NCBI GenBank assembly: GCA_002633005.1
Contig: NMRA01000116.1
Coordinates: forward strand, 342,474 to 406,473
DNA length: 64,000 nucleotides
From: Phoronis australis
Lineage: Eukaryota; Animalia; Phoronida
Direction of reading: 5' to 3'
Each line of letters opens with the position of its first letter. Positions within the stretch are counted from its first letter, which is position 1. Under the pieces are notes generated by a model. The model saw only the letters and a program-made list of their open reading frames with translations. It ran no database searches and had not been told where the DNA came from. Shown here piece after piece: positions 60,466-64,000 of this stretch. The translations under genes were made by a program, and so were the position numbers.

Positions 60466-62159
60466 TCAGTAAATAAGTATGCACTCCATCGCCACTTTGC
60501 AAGGCCATCATGCAATCATTCACATCAAAACTTTACCATGTACTTCAGAACAGTCAAACTTCAGAAATGTTATGCATAATATTGGCTAACAGTCCAGGGG
60601 GTTTGAGACAGTTTGATTACAACTGATATGTCAACTATTTCCTAGCTAAAATATCATGCCACATTTGGTCTACTGAGCATAATTAACTCTCCACTGTTAG
60701 TTCCCCTGACAGTCAAAAGGTTTAATTGCAGAAGACAAATTACTGCAATTATCAATCACAAGGGACAACTGCTGACCTGTGACAATATATTGAGGGATGG
60801 ATTCTAACCACAAATATTAACATTCGAACATTATGGATTCTTTTGTTCTAGTGGACAAAGTGGTTAATAGCAAGACAGCTGATAACCTTTGTTTTCAAAT
60901 GCATAACAAAAAATTGATGTTGATGTTAACAACTTAGTTTGGCACAGCAATTACAAAATAACACCCATTCCTATTTCCTTGAATTTGCTGTCAATGTGGA
61001 TTGTCTAGCATCTTATCCTGTTTTTCCATTGGACGCTGTGCAGGGGGGGGGGGGGGGGNGGGGGACAAGGAAACTACACCAACAATTAAGACAATTACCG
61101 TATCAATTTGCCATGCACTATGGAAAAGATTTATCATAATCAGGTGTGGTTAACTTGTCAATATTGAAAAACGTTGCTCAGGAACAGAAAGTTGATTAGG
61201 CGGTGCTGATTTCAAATTAGCCCAGATATTATTTCAGACGAATATTGCAGTGTTTCAGAGACCAGGCAACTCCATATGCAGTGTGGTAAGGAGCCGAAAC
61301 AACACCTGAATGTACTAAATCTGACATATTTTCACTTCATTCCAACACTCAGGGATTCCTATACGGGATCAAGAGAAACTTTCAGTACCCGTTAGGGTCA
61401 AGACATGTCAGTTTAGAAAAAGCTGATTCAACTTTTGCTTTACTAACTAGTCTTGCGACAAATCCTTTGAACTTGGGTCATTGCACTTCAACTTTCAAGG
61501 TTATTGGGTGGCAAGGGCACAAGCCTCCACCTAGCACATGTCAAGGACATCAAAATGGACAACCTGACTCAAATTTAGCACTTGGACAACCTGTTCAGCA
61601 TTTGGATGAATTGGTAAAGTAAGCAAGTAGGCGTTGGTATCTCTTTTAACTTGCTATCAGATCTAGGAGCTCATTGGCCTGTCCAGAACAACAAAGTTAG
61701 TTAGATATACAAACTTTCTTGCAGACTCATGTCTCCACCGTATACCATGCAACATCAATTTCATGAAATTGGGTCAAGTGTCAGTGGTTGTGAACACCTT
61801 GAGGAAGCGGGGAAACCCATTTAGATGTCCTTTTTTGAAATTATGAATTAACTCCCTCCAGGGCAACTGTCTATCCCAGGTTAAGCACCCATGTTCAGAT
61901 AACAACCTCAAGTTAGAGACTGAAGCACCCATTTCTGGGTTAATCCCCCAAATAGGGTGTTAACCTGGATGTTTTTCAACCCAAATGATTTTTAACCCAG
62001 TGTTTACGGTACACGTGAATTATTCCACAAAACATAATTGAAAAGATATTAACTCACTCCATTCATGCCTTCTCAGCCGCAAAAACTCACCTGTTATAAA
62101 ACTATTAAACAATGCTCAACATCAGACTGCAGAATCTGTGCATCTGAATGAATTTCAAT

Positions 62160-62755
62160 CATATAGTTATGCCTGGCTGGCCATTTTTACTGTTAGGTTT
62201 TTCTTTGTATTGTGCTTCTTCTCATAGTGTAATACAATGTATAACGTATTCATTCTTTTTTCTTTTTTGTGTTAAACATGTTAAAATTTAGGTTATATTA
62301 TTCTTAATCTGTACTTTATTTTAGTTTCTCCCATTATTGCATCGGTAGTTTATATTGTAATACCTAAGTATTTGTCCCTTGTACATGTACACATTTTAAA
62401 TAATTATACAATCATTTTTGTTGATACTGAAACAGGTTGGTGTTTCGCTCATGTTGAAATAAACACTTCGTTTATTTTTATCTATACACGTGGTTACATG
62501 AATAGATAAAGGTGGCTTTCATGCAAGCGGCTCCTTAGCCTTTTGAAAGTCTCCTTGCCTTGTTTTGATATTTCTAAAATAATCAATAACTATTATACGT
62601 ACATAATCTTTAGTACAACCTTGTTGTTTACCTTTGACTACTACGAGTCCCACTCTTGTCACTTTAAGTTGTGCTTAGTAAGTAGGAACAACTAGTATAG
62701 ATGCATGACTATTTGTATTATGAATGGCTCAATAAACTATCTATCTATCTATTAT
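62160..62755 (+). mobile_element. Probable non-LTR retrotransposon 3' remnants (T-rich tract, AATAAAC followed by (CTAT)n tail)
   Basis: GAAATAAAC near 62456 and CAATAAACTATCTATCTATCTAT near 62730. Confidence 0.35.
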
Positions 62756-64000
62756 ACTTTTACCATAAGCAATTTACAAGATCCTGCCAGGACTTGCATT
62801 ATACACAAGTGGTGCATAATATCTGAACAGATCCGTTCTGTTATTTAAACTAAAGCTACATGATATTTGAATACTGGTGTAGTATGATCTGGCTGCAGAA
62901 CACGGGCATCAGTAAATACTCCCATAATTCCCCCATCACAACCCAATGTAAGCCGATGTTCTGATTGCTATAAGCACTGAATAACTAATTGTCCTGATTC
63001 TTCTGTTAATGAAAAATTTTTGATCTCCAAAAATACAACCCAGCCCTCATGCCCTGGGGACAGCAACAACTATTGCCTTAGACTCACACAATAACCAGAC
63101 AGTGTAGTAAATCATTCCATTCATATTAGAAAAACCATTGTGGTACCTTCCGATCCAATCAGAATGCATGCTGAAAACAATGCACGCAATGCATCTATCG
63201 AAATGCACTGCTGAATAGACTCATTTGAACTGATTGCCTACACACAAACAATCAGAAAATATGAACTGCTGAGTAGATTCCTTTACACTGGTCCCATGCA
63301 CAAGACCAAATAAAAACCGTTTTTACAAATTTCATGAAAATTCATCAGAGGCAAAAGTAAAAAATTGCCACTCAGAGACAGAGCAGTAGTCAGATCAGTT
63401 AGATATTGGTCATCATCTGTTGTCAGTTTCATAGGTACATATCTGACTAAGGGGTTTAGGAGATACAACAGCGGACGCTGGATGCCCAGGTAGAGATTCA
63501 CTACTTGCACGAATTCGCCATTATACTTGAAAACGAGGCATTATGTCCCAGCTACAATAGCTCTGCAAGTTTGGAACCCGCATACTTTCACGTTTGCATT
63601 GTTAAAATTGATGCTAAAACAAGGTGTTGTGTCCTAAACAACAATAATTTTTGCAGTGCCACCAAAATGTGCAAGTAGTGAATGAGGGCAATAAACTCAT
63701 GTCTTCCATCAAAACTTTAACAAATGCTGTATGCGTGTCATGAGCGTACCATTTTGATATTGAAATTTGACTTTTTTGTTACACAAGCGAGACAGTAATG
63801 TCTGCAGTAAATGAAGACCACCAGAATGTGTTTCTTCTGTATCTGTAACGGACATGGTATGTGACATATGTCAAAGATGAACAAAATTAACATATGCAAG
63901 ATTTGCCATGCTACAGTCTGATGTTGTAAGTTTTGTTGTAAGCAGAACGCAAACCAAGTTTAAATAGACTGCAAATTTGTTTGAAATACCAGCTTTTGCC

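Noticed and set aside
62091-62126. 36-nt exon-like segment on minus strand (CAG|...CAG|GTGAGT)
   Set aside because: Stops in all three frames, weak polypyrimidine tract and no homology.

Overview
AT-rich eukaryotic (bilaterian invertebrate-like, taxon inferred only) genomic window with spliceosomal introns and one 290-N assembly gap. I reconstructed three multi-exon genes by hand from splice sites and reading-frame phase. (1) An 11-exon, 659-aa ANKRD31-like gene on the minus strand (21649->12647) with an ANKRD31-type helical/coiled-coil block, a RAMA domain and a C-terminal REC114-binding-like motif, but no ankyrin repeats. (2) ENTR1/SDCCAG3 on the plus strand (21745-27776, 7 exons, 408 aa, one GC-AG intron), head-to-head with gene 1 with only 95 bp between start codons. 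(3) SPPL3 on the minus strand (52437->32822; exon 1 and exon 3 not securely placed), convergent with ENTR1. Directly downstream of the ANKRD31-like gene is an intronless acidic 11-aa-repeat ORF (11961->9000). It is built from two tandem gene copies fused in frame, has two CRE palindromes just upstream, and carries an in-frame TGA and an apparent frameshift. The rest is intron or intergenic DNA with non-autonomous DNA transposons (Mutator-like foldback, hAT-like with 6-bp TSD, Kolobok-like, Harbinger-like), tRNA-derived SINEs, a Penelope remnant with hammerhead-like cores, and tandem repeats. Homology calls rest on remembered motifs; no database search was run.
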